Below are positions 27,142 to 35,833 of a stretch of DNA of 64,000 nucleotides, one piece after another (the stretch's first letter is position 1; every line of letters begins with the position of its first letter). The DNA lies in the NCBI GenBank assembly GCA_963782445.1, contig CAWAJM010000001.1, forward strand, positions 2,930,666-2,994,665. The letters are read 5' to 3'. A model generated the notes under the pieces. That model had not been told where the DNA came from. It searched no databases and saw only the letters and a list, made by a program, of their open reading frames with translations. Made by a program: the position numbers and the translations under genes. Origin of the DNA: an uncultured Gammaproteobacteria bacterium (GTDB lineage Bacteria; Pseudomonadota; Gammaproteobacteria; Steroidobacterales; Rariloculaceae).

Positions 27142-28677
27142 TCATCCGCGAGCGTCTCGGGCGGCGCCGCGCGCAGGCAGCGCCTTCCGCGTGAATTGGT
27201 AGACATAGGCGAGCATGGGGTCCTTGAGGAGAATCAGAGTGGCCACATACAGCACGCCGCCGGCAACGAGCGAGGCGGACGCCGTCTGGATGGCGTCGAG
27301 CCCGAAGAACCGGAAGCACGCGGTCGTGCCCGCCAGGCAGACGCCGGCCACAAAGCCGTAGCGCAACAACTGCCGCAGCGAGCGCGCCGCGTCGAAATGC
27401 TCGAGCTCGCGGCCGAGCAGCCAGAGCATGACCACGAAGACGACCGCCGCCGAGACGCTGAGCCCCAAGGTCACGCCAATGACCCCGAAACGGCCCGACA
27501 GCTCCGGCGCGATCATGAGATAGACGACCGTCCCCAGAGGCATGACGACGGCGGGGACCGCGACGCGCTCCAGGGCATAGAATGCGCTCGATATCAGTGC
27601 GTTGACGTTGGAGAACAAGACCGACGGCACCGCGCCCAGAAGCGCAAGCGCCACCAGCGCCGCCATGCGCGCGTCGAACTGGCCGCGCAGAAAGACCAGA
27701 TCGACGATGACGCGCGAGTTCAGCGCCATCCACCACAGCACGGGCGCCAGCAGCAGAAAACCCGAGCCGAGCCCGTTGTCGTACAGGCGTGCGATCTCGC
27801 GGGACTCGCGATTGACGGCGTAGCGCGCCGTGCGGCTGAACATCATGAGCCGGACGCCCATGAATACCGAGCGCCCGAGCGGTTCGGTGAGCCGCTGCGA
27901 CATCGCGAGCGCGGATATCGCGCCGCTGCCGAGAAGCGATCCGAGATAGTTGTCGATGACGAACCGCGTGCGGGCCAGCAGGCCGCTCCCCATGACGATG
28001 GCCGAAGCGGTGAATATCTTCCCTTCCCATTCTCTTCGAATGGAGATTCGCCAGGCGTAGCGGTAGCGGGCCCGTCTGGCCATGAGCCCGCAAACGAGGA
28101 TTTGGCCGGCGAGATTGCCGACGGGCAGCGCATAGACGCCGATGAAGCCGTTCATGGCGAGCACGGTGATGAGATTGGCCAACGGCAGCGCGGCGCGAAT
28201 TGCCATGAGGTGCACGTAGTCCTCGTCGTGCTGGCAAACGTACTGGTGAAAAGCCGTGATCGTCATGAACACGATCGTCGGCGCCATGATGAGGAAGTCC
28301 TCGCGCACGAGCCCGAGCGCCGGTGTGTCGAATCCCGGCAGCAGAATTCGGAAGAGCAGGCCGCTGCCCGCGGCGAGCGCGAGCATCAGGACGAGGGAGA
28401 GCAGCGCCGCGACGGTCACGACCGAGGACGTGAGCTCGGAAGCGCTCCGGTCCCCTTCCTTCCTGGCCCGCGCCAGGATCGGCAGAAAGTTCTTACCGAG
28501 ATAGTCGAGGCATAACGCCATGTAGAGATTCGGCAGCATCAAGGCAGCGTAGTAGGCGTCGACCTCGCGCGTGAGCCCGAAGATCGCCGCGATGGCGACG
28601 TTGTTGGCAAAACCGATGAGCAGCGTTCCGACGACGATCGCGTTCGTCGCGACGAAGCTGCGCGAGGTCGTGCTCAT
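27142..28677 (-). CDS. MOP-superfamily flippase (MurJ/MviN/Wzx-like)
   Basis: 511 aa polytopic membrane protein with a MurJ-like N-terminus (VGTLLIGFANNVAIAAIFGLTREVDAYYAALMLPNL). Confidence 0.8.
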   Translation of the reverse strand: MSTTSRSFVATNAIVVGTLLIGFANNVAIAAIFGLTREVDAYYAALMLPNLYMALCLDYLGKNFLPILARARKEGDRSASELTSSVVTVAALLSLVLMLALAAGSGLLFRILLPGFDTPALGLVREDFLIMAPTIVFMTITAFHQYVCQHDEDYVHLMAIRAALPLANLITVLAMNGFIGVYALPVGNLAGQILVCGLMARRARYRYAWRISIRREWEGKIFTASAIVMGSGLLARTRFVIDNYLGSLLGSGAISALAMSQRLTEPLGRSVFMGVRLMMFSRTARYAVNRESREIARLYDNGLGSGFLLLAPVLWWMALNSRVIVDLVFLRGQFDARMAALVALALLGAVPSVLFSNVNALISSAFYALERVAVPAVVMPLGTVVYLMIAPELSGRFGVIGVTLGLSVSAAVVFVVMLWLLGRELEHFDAARSLRQLLRYGFVAGVCLAGTTACFRFFGLDAIQTASASLVAGGVLYVATLILLKDPMLAYVYQFTRKALPARGAARDARG

Positions 28678-28739
28678 GACCGCAGATGGGCCCGGCCGAG
28701 GCAGCCCGCCCCTCCGGCAGGGGCTCCCCGCGCCGCATC

Positions 28740-28756
28740 CGGCACTCGTCTTGCAA
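28740..28756 (+). promoter_or_regulatory. Sigma-54 promoter candidate CGGCACTCGTCTTGCAA
   Basis: GGCAC-N6-TTGCA in the correct register, 38 nt upstream of ATG 28792 (GAGGGG RBS). Confidence 0.55.
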
Positions 28757-28791
28757 GGCCTGCCATCGGCACCGTCCAGTCAGAGGGGAAT

Positions 28792-29763
28792 ATGAGAACC
28801 TTGAAGTACGCAGCGAAGTGGTCGCTGTGGCGTGCCTGCCCGGGCGTGTTCGCCGCTCGCGCGCCGAAGGCCGCGCGCCGTTACTCCGTCGCCATTTACT
28901 CGGGACCGTCGCCTTTCGAGCTGCGCCCTGCCGCCGGCGCCCGCAATCCGGTCCTCGCGCCGGCGCAGGTCACGGACGTCCCCGCGTCCATGGTGGCCGA
29001 CCCATTCCTCTTGCGGGCCGACGGCCGTTGGCATTTGTTCTTCGAGGTTCTCAACCGTCTGTCCTGGAAGGGCGAAATCGCCTACGCGACCAGTGACGAC
29101 GGGCTCAGCTGGACCTACCGCGGCCTCGCCCTCGTCGAGCCCTTTCACTTGTCGTACCCGCAGGTCTTCGCGTGGCGCGGCGACTTTTACATGATTCCGG
29201 AAAGCGGCCGGGCCCGCGCGGTGCGCCTCTACCGCGCGCGGCGCTTTCCGACGGGCTGGCGGCGGGCCGCCACCTTGCTCGACGGTGCCCGCTTCGCCGA
29301 CAGCTCCGTGTTCCGGCACGAGGGGCGCTGGTGGATGTTGACGGATGCCGGGGACGACGCCGCTCACCCGCTTTTGCGCCTTTTCCACGCCCCCGAGCTC
29401 GCCGGCCCCTGGCGGGAGCACCCGGCGAGCCCGATCGAGGACAACGTTCTGACGGCCAGGCCCGCCGGCCGCGTCGTCGTCCACGACGGTACGCCGGTGC
29501 GCTTCGCGCAGCCGGTCTATCCCGAATACGGCGCGGAAGTGAGGGCATTCGCGATCACCGTATTGACGCCCACGCGCTATGAAGAGCGCGCCGTCGCCGG
29601 CCCGCCCTTGCTCGGGCCCGGGCAATTCGCCTGGAACTCCGGGGGGATGCATCACGTCGACCCTCACCTGCTGGAAGACGGCAGTTGGTTCGCCGCGGTA
29701 GACGGTTTCGAGTTTTTGATGGGGCCCCCAATAGCCGCCATGGGCATCTGCCCGACTCATTGA
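28792..29763 (+). CDS. Five-bladed beta-propeller (GH43/GH32-like; GINT1 N-terminal-domain-like) protein of unknown function
   Basis: 323 aa. The MVADPFLLRADGRWHLFFE..., ATSDDGLSWTY, FYMIPES, WWMLTD and HHVDP blade-like repeats resemble the family often annotated as glucosamine inositolphosphorylceramide transferase-like. Confidence 0.6.
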   Translation: MRTLKYAAKWSLWRACPGVFAARAPKAARRYSVAIYSGPSPFELRPAAGARNPVLAPAQVTDVPASMVADPFLLRADGRWHLFFEVLNRLSWKGEIAYATSDDGLSWTYRGLALVEPFHLSYPQVFAWRGDFYMIPESGRARAVRLYRARRFPTGWRRAATLLDGARFADSSVFRHEGRWWMLTDAGDDAAHPLLRLFHAPELAGPWREHPASPIEDNVLTARPAGRVVVHDGTPVRFAQPVYPEYGAEVRAFAITVLTPTRYEERAVAGPPLLGPGQFAWNSGGMHHVDPHLLEDGSWFAAVDGFEFLMGPPIAAMGICPTH

Positions 29764-29778
29764 GCAAGGAGCATGCCA
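29762..29778 (-). promoter_or_regulatory. Orphan sigma-54 promoter motif TGGCATGCTCCTTGCTC (minus strand), antisense to the 3' end of the propeller gene
   Basis: Strict consensus match that overlaps the stop codon of 28792..29763. No credible minus-strand gene lies downstream. Confidence 0.35.
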
Positions 29779-29786
29779 ACGTCGAC

Positions 29787-29818
29787 GGCGTCGCGGCGGA
29801 TGCCTCCGCAGCGACGCC
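29787..29818 (+). terminator. Strong GC hairpin (8+5 bp stem, loop TGCC) after the propeller gene; no U-tract
   Basis: GGCGTCGC-G-GCGGA-TGCC-TCCGC-A-GCGACGCC, read directly. Confidence 0.4.
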
Positions 29819-29819
29819 C

Positions 29820-29839
29820 TCCAAGAATTGCTATCGGAT
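29820..29839. repeat. 20-bp perfect direct repeat copy 1 (TCCAAGAATTGCTATCGGAT)
   Basis: Identical 20-mer recurs at 30383-30402. Its reverse complement resembles the 5' coding end of the GT-C gene (...CTAAGCAATTCTCCG...). Confidence 0.85.
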
Positions 29840-29865
29840 AGCAAAAAGTCCTGCGGGCGCGTAGG

Positions 29866-30382
29866 CATGAGCCGTGATACGGCCCCCCGCGTGCGTCTGA
29901 CGAAGCGCTTGACGGCTTCGTCGACCGCCGGGTCTGCGCCAGCAACGCGTCGAAGGCGACGAGCCACTTCCTGCGGCCCGGGACGGTGAGGGCCTTCTCG
30001 AGCGCGTCGGCGCTCATGATCAGCGGCGTAGGCACATAGCGATCGAGCAGCCGGCCGTGGCGTTCGGACGTTTGCGTCGCGAAGATGGCGGTCCTGACCA
30101 AGTAGTCCACGTGACCGAGATAGGAATGCATCTCGCGCGAGCCGCGCACGATGATCTCGTCGTCGGGCGCCGCATGGCGCTTCAAGTACGCCGCGGGCGT
30201 CTTGAAATGTGGATAGTCGGAGAGCCCGAACGCGCGGTGCAGCAGGCCCTCGTTCCGATAGTGCTGCGCGACGAGCGGACCGCGAATCGGGTCCAAGTCG
30301 AAGCCGAACACGAGCTGATGCAGAGAGATCGTCAATACTCCCAAGGCGATACACAGCCGACTTCGGCGAGTCGTTCACTCCT
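29866..30382 (-). pseudogene. Internally deleted, frameshifted remnant of a paralogue of the GT-C gene 24898..26997
   Basis: Track ORF 29757..30344 contains GFDLDPIRGPLVAQHYRNEGLLHRAFGLSDYPHFKTPAAYLKRHAAPDDEIIV...LIMSADALEKALTVPGRRKWLVA. The intact protein has GFDLNPVRGLLVAREQYRNEGLLYRVFGLTDYPDFKTPAAYLKRHAAPGDEIIV...LIMSADALEKTLSVPGRRKWLVA. The LTISLHQL segment is fused directly to this C-terminal domain. The last ~30 codons shift frame (AVKRF appears in another frame). Confidence 0.65.
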
Positions 30383-30402
30383 TCCAAGAATTGCTATCGG
30401 AT
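30383..30402. repeat. 20-bp perfect direct repeat copy 2 (TCCAAGAATTGCTATCGGAT)
   Basis: Identical to 29820-29839; together the two copies bracket the GT-C remnant. Confidence 0.85.
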
Positions 30403-30475
30403 CTCCAAAAGGGCCCGCTCGACGTTGGTCAGAGTCGCGAAGGCCGCCCGTAGGGCGGCCGAGAACTTGCGGCGC

Positions 30476-30492
30476 TGGTATGGAAATTGAAT
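30476..30492 (+). promoter_or_regulatory. Sigma-54-like promoter candidate TGGTATGGAAATTGAAT
   Basis: Correct GG/-12 register, 37 nt upstream of TTG 30526. The -12 reads TTGA (C to A). It resembles the TGGCATGCAAATTGCTT family in the locus. Confidence 0.35.
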
Positions 30493-30525
30493 TCGTACCG
30501 TAGCCAGAACTAGGGAGGCGCCGGA

Positions 30526-31797
30526 TTGAAGGTCCTAATAGCGAACAAATACTTGTTCCTGAAAGGCGGCGCCGAGGCCGTGATGTTGATGGAAAGGGAA
30601 TTTCTACTCGGCGCAGGCATCGACGTTGTCGACTTCTCTATGCATGACCCGCGCAATATTCCGAGCGCCTACTCCGGGTACTTCGTCAGCAATCAGAACT
30701 ATGCGGAACCGGGCAACGGAGCGTTCAAACTCCGCACCGCAATGAAGCTCGTCCACTCGCCGGAAGCTGTGCGCAACTTTGGGAGACTCATACGAGAAAC
30801 CAGGCCAGACGTCGTGCACTGCCACAACGTCTATCACCAGCTAACGCCTTCGATCATCGGCGTCGCAGCGAGGCACAACGTCCCGGTCGTGCTCACTGTC
30901 CACGACTACAAGCCGATTTGCCCGATCCACACCCGCCTGCGTCACGGCGAGCCCTGCTCCGCCTGTCTCGACGGCCGCGTCTCCAACGTCTTGAAGTACC
31001 GCTGCCGCGAGGGGTCTCTCGCCCGCAGCGGACTGCTGTATGCAGAGGCCGTGGTCCAGCGCCTGCTCGGAAGTTACGAGAAAGTCGACGCCGTCATCGC
31101 CCCGAGCGAATTCATGCGCGCCGCCGTGACCCATCGTCGCTTTGAGGCGGACCGAGTCCATCTGATTCCAAATGGCGTCGACACGCACAGAATGCGTCCG
31201 AGCGGCCAGGACCGAGGCTACGCGCTTTACCTCGGTAGACTGTCACCGGAGAAGGGCATCGAGACCCTGCTCGCGGCCCACGCAACTGTGGCGGACGAGG
31301 TTACCCTGCACGTGGCGGGCACCGGGCCCGACGAAGACAATCTGCGCCGGAAGTATCCGCGGGCACGCTTTCTCGGCCACTTGACCGGGGCGTCCGTCAC
31401 GGAAGCCGTCCGCAATGCCGGTATCGTCGTGCTGCCGTCCGACTGCTACGAGAACTGCCCGATCTCGGTACTCGAGGCAATGAGTTGCGCCAAGGCGGTG
31501 ATCGCCAGCCGAATCGGCGGGATCCCCGAGTTGGTGACCCATGAGCAAACGGGGCTGCTGTTTCCGCCCGGGAATCGGGCTGAGCTGGCGCGCTGTCTAG
31601 CCGATCTCAGCCGCGATCACGAGGCACGCCTTCGGCTTGGCGCGGCCGCGCGCGAGCGCGTCGAACGGCACTTCTCCGTGGACCGGCACAATTCGGCACT
31701 GCTCGGCGTCTACGAGGGTGTCGTTCAGAGGCGCCGCCGAGCGGGCGACCGAAAGCGGTCCGAGAGGCGGCGCCCGGCACTCGGTCGCCCATCGTAG
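30526..31797 (+). CDS. Glycosyltransferase family 4 (GT-B)
   Basis: 423 aa. TTG start with GGGAGG 8 nt upstream. MKVLIANKYLFLKGGAE N-terminus and an EX7E-like region (PSDCYENCPISVLEAMSCAKAVIASRIGGIPE). Confidence 0.85.
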   Translation: MKVLIANKYLFLKGGAEAVMLMEREFLLGAGIDVVDFSMHDPRNIPSAYSGYFVSNQNYAEPGNGAFKLRTAMKLVHSPEAVRNFGRLIRETRPDVVHCHNVYHQLTPSIIGVAARHNVPVVLTVHDYKPICPIHTRLRHGEPCSACLDGRVSNVLKYRCREGSLARSGLLYAEAVVQRLLGSYEKVDAVIAPSEFMRAAVTHRRFEADRVHLIPNGVDTHRMRPSGQDRGYALYLGRLSPEKGIETLLAAHATVADEVTLHVAGTGPDEDNLRRKYPRARFLGHLTGASVTEAVRNAGIVVLPSDCYENCPISVLEAMSCAKAVIASRIGGIPELVTHEQTGLLFPPGNRAELARCLADLSRDHEARLRLGAAARERVERHFSVDRHNSALLGVYEGVVQRRRRAGDRKRSERRRPALGRPS

Positions 31798-31831
31798 CGC
31801 CCGTCACGCTCGTGTTGTTCAGCGGCCCCGC

Positions 31832-33043
31832 TCAGCCGATGATGGACTCATAGACCCGAAAAATCTGCGCCTCGAACGCCTCCACCGAGAAGTGCTCGAG
31901 CACCCTTGTGCGCGCGTTCGCCCCCATTCTCGCGCGCTCACCCGGGCGGTCGGCCAGATACCGGATCGCCTCCTCGAGGCGAACCACATAGTCCTCATAT
32001 CCAGCCGGTTTGATCTTGATGCCGCACTCCCGGGTCACACTGTATGCGGGGCCCCCGTAATCGGACGTAATGACCGGCACACCATAGGCCATGGCTTCGA
32101 GGATCGCGGCGCCGCCGGGCTCTCGAAGCGTCGGCAGACAGAACATGTCGCTGCCCGCCAATACGCGCAGCGCCTCGCCGTGCGGGAGGCTGCCCATGAG
32201 CTTGACGTGCGAACCGATGCCGGCCTCCGAAATCCGGCGCTCCAATGCGCGCCGCGCGGATCCGTCGCCGACGATGGTCGCAAATACGTCCCGCCGGCTC
32301 CTCAAGACCCGCCGCATCGCCTCCACGAGCAACTCTTGGCCCTTATTGGACTCGAGCCTGCCCATGCAACACAGCGATATGGTATCCGTTCTCTGCAGCG
32401 GCTTGGGCTCGAAGGCGGCGGCGTCCACAAAGCAGTCGAACAGCACTTGGGCACGGGAATGCATCTCCTGCGGAAGATACCGGAGCAGGTGCGGCGTTCC
32501 GATGAGCACCCTTTCCGCCGCACGATAATAGGCGAGCCATTCCGGCCTGCGCGTGATACGCGAGTAGTACAGATCGCGGAGCCTTGCACGGACCGAACGA
32601 CTGCCCGCCAGAGCTTCGAATCCCGGCGGAAGGCGGAGTCCGCCCCCGACCGGTCCGACGAGTAGGGGCACGCCGTGCTTGTACAAATCGCTGTAAGCGT
32701 AGATGCCGGCGGGAGTCAGACAATGCACCATGGCGTGATCGCCGCCGGCGAGCAGTCCTCGAATCATGGCGCCGCCCTTCGCGAGCATGCGCCGGTAGAC
32801 GTGAAGATAGAGGCGCCTGCGCCTGAGAAACCCCGTGACGCCATCGCACAGATCTACGTAGTGGAACGTCGATTCCCCGTAATCTTCCCGCTCGATGCCG
32901 GCACGGTGCTTTTCGTCCGTCACTACGTCGAGCGCGTATCGCTTGGACAGAACCTTGACCCAAAGGCTGGCGGCACCGGATTCCGAGCCGAGCATCGGAT
33001 TGAGATCGATCGCGACGACGAGCACCCTACTCACTTTCGGCAT
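31832..33043 (-). CDS. Glycosyltransferase family 4 (GT-B)
   Basis: 403 aa with a C-terminal GT-B motif (CLPTLREPGGAAILEAMAYGVPVITSDYGGP). Confidence 0.85.
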   Translation of the reverse strand: MPKVSRVLVVAIDLNPMLGSESGAASLWVKVLSKRYALDVVTDEKHRAGIEREDYGESTFHYVDLCDGVTGFLRRRRLYLHVYRRMLAKGGAMIRGLLAGGDHAMVHCLTPAGIYAYSDLYKHGVPLLVGPVGGGLRLPPGFEALAGSRSVRARLRDLYYSRITRRPEWLAYYRAAERVLIGTPHLLRYLPQEMHSRAQVLFDCFVDAAAFEPKPLQRTDTISLCCMGRLESNKGQELLVEAMRRVLRSRRDVFATIVGDGSARRALERRISEAGIGSHVKLMGSLPHGEALRVLAGSDMFCLPTLREPGGAAILEAMAYGVPVITSDYGGPAYSVTRECGIKIKPAGYEDYVVRLEEAIRYLADRPGERARMGANARTRVLEHFSVEAFEAQIFRVYESIIG

Positions 33044-33077
33044 AAGCTCACACTGCGTAAACCGTGCGCCGGTTCAC

Positions 33078-34427
33078 TTACTCTCTTCCGGAGGCGAGAT
33101 ACGCGCCGCGCGGGAAGGATGAGAGGTTCTCTCGAGCTTCGTCACCGGCTCGACTGGCGTGGCGTTGGAGGTAGGCGTTCCTGGCGACAATTCCCGAGTA
33201 GAACCAAAACGGATAGGCAATCTCGTTGATGGTGAATACGCTCTTGTACATAAGCGCCATCGTCATGATGATTATCACTGCCCCCCATACCTGTCCGAGC
33301 ACGGCAAACGTACCGGCCGATTTCGCAATCAGCCGCGCGTCCTGAAACACGCACCAGTAGAAGAGCAAGTACGTCAGCAGGCCCACGATGCCGATCTCCC
33401 AGAGGAAGTAGCTGACCTGCGTGACATCGACGCCGTAACGCTCGTAAAATGAAGCATATTCGCCGTCGAACCCGGGCAGCGACGAGTGCGAGACGTTGCC
33501 CGCGCCAAGGCCGAAAACGAGGTCCAGCGGATGCGCCGACAGCTTTTCCACGGCGAGGCCGACGCTGTCGAACCGGCCAACGTAACGATCGTCGCCTTCC
33601 GCCGCGCCGCTATAGAGATAGCTCTCCACGTAGCCTTGGGTGAAGAACGCGCCGATCGTGTGACTATATTTCCCGTAGATGGACAGCGAGTTGTAGATCA
33701 GCACGTAGCAGAATAAGGCCATGCCGCCGATGCCGATGACCGGAACCAGGCGACGCAGCGGCCGCGTGCCGCGCGGCATGAAAAGTGCCGGCGCAAGCAG
33801 GGCCACGGGTAAGAGCAAGACAGTCCCCTTGGTCTCGTTCAGGGTTGTCGGCAAGAAGAAGACGGCGACCGCAACGATCAAAAGGCCAAGCCGAAGCCGC
33901 CGATGCAGGTACAGCGTCACCAATACGGCGATGCCGCAGATCATCAACATACTCAACGCGCTCGACGAGGTCGTCGTCCCCCGCACCGGATCTCCGGTAT
34001 GCATGCTGCCGGCGTACTCCACGAAGCGCTGGAACACCGCGAGAGGCGACTGAATGAGCAGGATGCCGAGCAGAAACCCGAGTTGAACCTTGATCTGCCG
34101 CGTCGTGAACGGATACATGGCCGCAAGCAGAAAGAAAGGGACGAATTTGACGTAGTTGCGCAGCCCGGAGACTACGGCGCCCGTAGGCATCGTCTGGGCG
34201 AAGAAGCCGAACGCCAGAACGAACACGAACACGCTGATGAATAAACCGTAGCGCCAATCGAGCAGCAGTCTGCTGCCCGCAACGAGACGGGCCAACACAA
34301 TGACGAGAGCCAGCACCGACAGCGCCTCGGGCAACAGGACCCAGGCTGCCGGAATTACGTGGAGACGTTTAGCAGCGTAACCGGCCGAGAAGACCGAAAT
34401 GAACAGCGAAACAACCAGAAAATTCAC
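33078..34427 (-). CDS. Wzy-type polymerase / O-antigen-ligase-like polytopic membrane protein
   Basis: About 449 aa from GTG 34427 (VNFLVVSLFISVF), with 10 or more TM helices and a large loop. The upstream part of track ORF 33078..34829 overlaps the preceding GT4 gene and is rejected. The start codon is uncertain. Confidence 0.65.
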   Translation of the reverse strand: MNFLVVSLFISVFSAGYAAKRLHVIPAAWVLLPEALSVLALVIVLARLVAGSRLLLDWRYGLFISVFVFVLAFGFFAQTMPTGAVVSGLRNYVKFVPFFLLAAMYPFTTRQIKVQLGFLLGILLIQSPLAVFQRFVEYAGSMHTGDPVRGTTTSSSALSMLMICGIAVLVTLYLHRRLRLGLLIVAVAVFFLPTTLNETKGTVLLLPVALLAPALFMPRGTRPLRRLVPVIGIGGMALFCYVLIYNSLSIYGKYSHTIGAFFTQGYVESYLYSGAAEGDDRYVGRFDSVGLAVEKLSAHPLDLVFGLGAGNVSHSSLPGFDGEYASFYERYGVDVTQVSYFLWEIGIVGLLTYLLFYWCVFQDARLIAKSAGTFAVLGQVWGAVIIIMTMALMYKSVFTINEIAYPFWFYSGIVARNAYLQRHASRAGDEARENLSSFPRGAYLASGRE

Positions 34428-34441
34428 TGCCGAGCCGCCCG

Positions 34442-35833
34442 TTACTCGGCCACGCCGAAGGCCGAATTCTTCGTCTCGGGGGCCACCCGCTCCAGCAGGG
34501 CCCGATAACGGCTCTCGACCAGCTTGCCCATACGCTCGTGCGTGCGGTGCCTTTCGACGTAGGCTCTGCCGGCCCGCCCCATCTCGCGCGCCTCTTGCTC
34601 GTGACGCAGCAGGTACACAACGGCCTCGGCGAAGCTCCGCTCCTCCCAAGGCGTTACGAGGCCGGCACAGCTTTCGCGCAGCATGGCGGACTGCTCCGGA
34701 TGATCGTTCGCGACGACTGGCTTGCCTAGTGCCATGTACTCGACGAGTTTCGTTGGCGATGTCGAGCGCAAGATCGGAATCGGGGCATAAGGCGAGACGC
34801 ACACGTCGGCGGACCTCACGTATTCCCAACCGCGCCGCATCGGCATCCAGCCGGTGATCCTGACGGCGTCCGCTACCCCCAGCCGCACCGCCTCTCGCAG
34901 GAGCGCGGCCTCGTCCTCCGGGCGCTCGCCGCGCCCGACGAGAACGAGCCTCGCGGCCGGCACATCCTTTCGCACGTGCGCCAGCATGCCGATCAAGAAC
35001 TCCAGGTGGCGTTCGGCGGCCAGCGTGCCGATATACACGATCCAGCGCTCTCCGGACGATTTATCCGTCGGTTCGGCGCCGCCGCGGTCAAGGTCCGCCA
35101 GATTGATGGAACTGGGAACGGCGGTGGTCTTCTCGAGCGGCACGCCGCGCATGACGAAATCGCGCCGCATCTGCTCGCTCTGCACGAAGACGTGCCCAGC
35201 AGCAGGACAAATCACGCGGTAAAGCAGAAACTGCTGCAGTATCCCCCTGAGCAGGTAGAAGACGCGATAGCGCGCCATCCCTGTGCGCGCGGCATACAAC
35301 GACGCCTCCCCATGGGGAAATGCGAGCCAGTACACGAACGGGACCCGCTCGCGCCGCGCGGCCGTCAAAGCCAGCAGTGCCGCCAGGTAAGTGTCCTTTG
35401 CCTGCACGAGGGAATACCGGCCGCCCCTTATGAGCCGAAACACTTTGAAGTCATTGAAGAACCCCAGGAAGAACTTGCGCAGCCGACGCCACCGCGAACC
35501 GCCGCCGTCGGTCGAAGCAACGTAAGCGGTGCCGTTGCCGAAAGGCTGCTGTCCGGCGGTCACGGCAGGCGACGCCGCCTGCAACACCCAATCGATTTCG
35601 TGCCCTCGGCGCGGAAGATCCTCGCCGAATATCGCCTTGGCCGCGGGACGGAACGGCGGAAACGAATCCGACGTCACGAACAGAATCCGCAACCGGTCCG
35701 GGCTAAAGCCGCCGGAGTCCGGCGGCATGTCCTCGCAGCTCATTCCTCGGGCAACTCCCTTGTTGCAGTGTTCCGGACGCTCGGTCCTCGACCGTCTAGA
35801 CGCTCGTATCATGTCTACGCGCCACTTCTTCAA
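34442..35833 (-). CDS. Glycosyltransferase family 4 (GT-B)
   Basis: About 430-463 aa. RILFVTSDSFPP N-terminus and a C-terminal SPYAPIPILRSTSPTKLVEYMALGKPVVAND motif. The start is either TTG 35833 (overlapping the upstream stop) or ATG 35743. Confidence 0.8.
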   Translation of the reverse strand: MKKWRVDMIRASRRSRTERPEHCNKGVARGMSCEDMPPDSGGFSPDRLRILFVTSDSFPPFRPAAKAIFGEDLPRRGHEIDWVLQAASPAVTAGQQPFGNGTAYVASTDGGGSRWRRLRKFFLGFFNDFKVFRLIRGGRYSLVQAKDTYLAALLALTAARRERVPFVYWLAFPHGEASLYAARTGMARYRVFYLLRGILQQFLLYRVICPAAGHVFVQSEQMRRDFVMRGVPLEKTTAVPSSINLADLDRGGAEPTDKSSGERWIVYIGTLAAERHLEFLIGMLAHVRKDVPAARLVLVGRGERPEDEAALLREAVRLGVADAVRITGWMPMRRGWEYVRSADVCVSPYAPIPILRSTSPTKLVEYMALGKPVVANDHPEQSAMLRESCAGLVTPWEERSFAEAVVYLLRHEQEAREMGRAGRAYVERHRTHERMGKLVESRYRALLERVAPETKNSAFGVAE

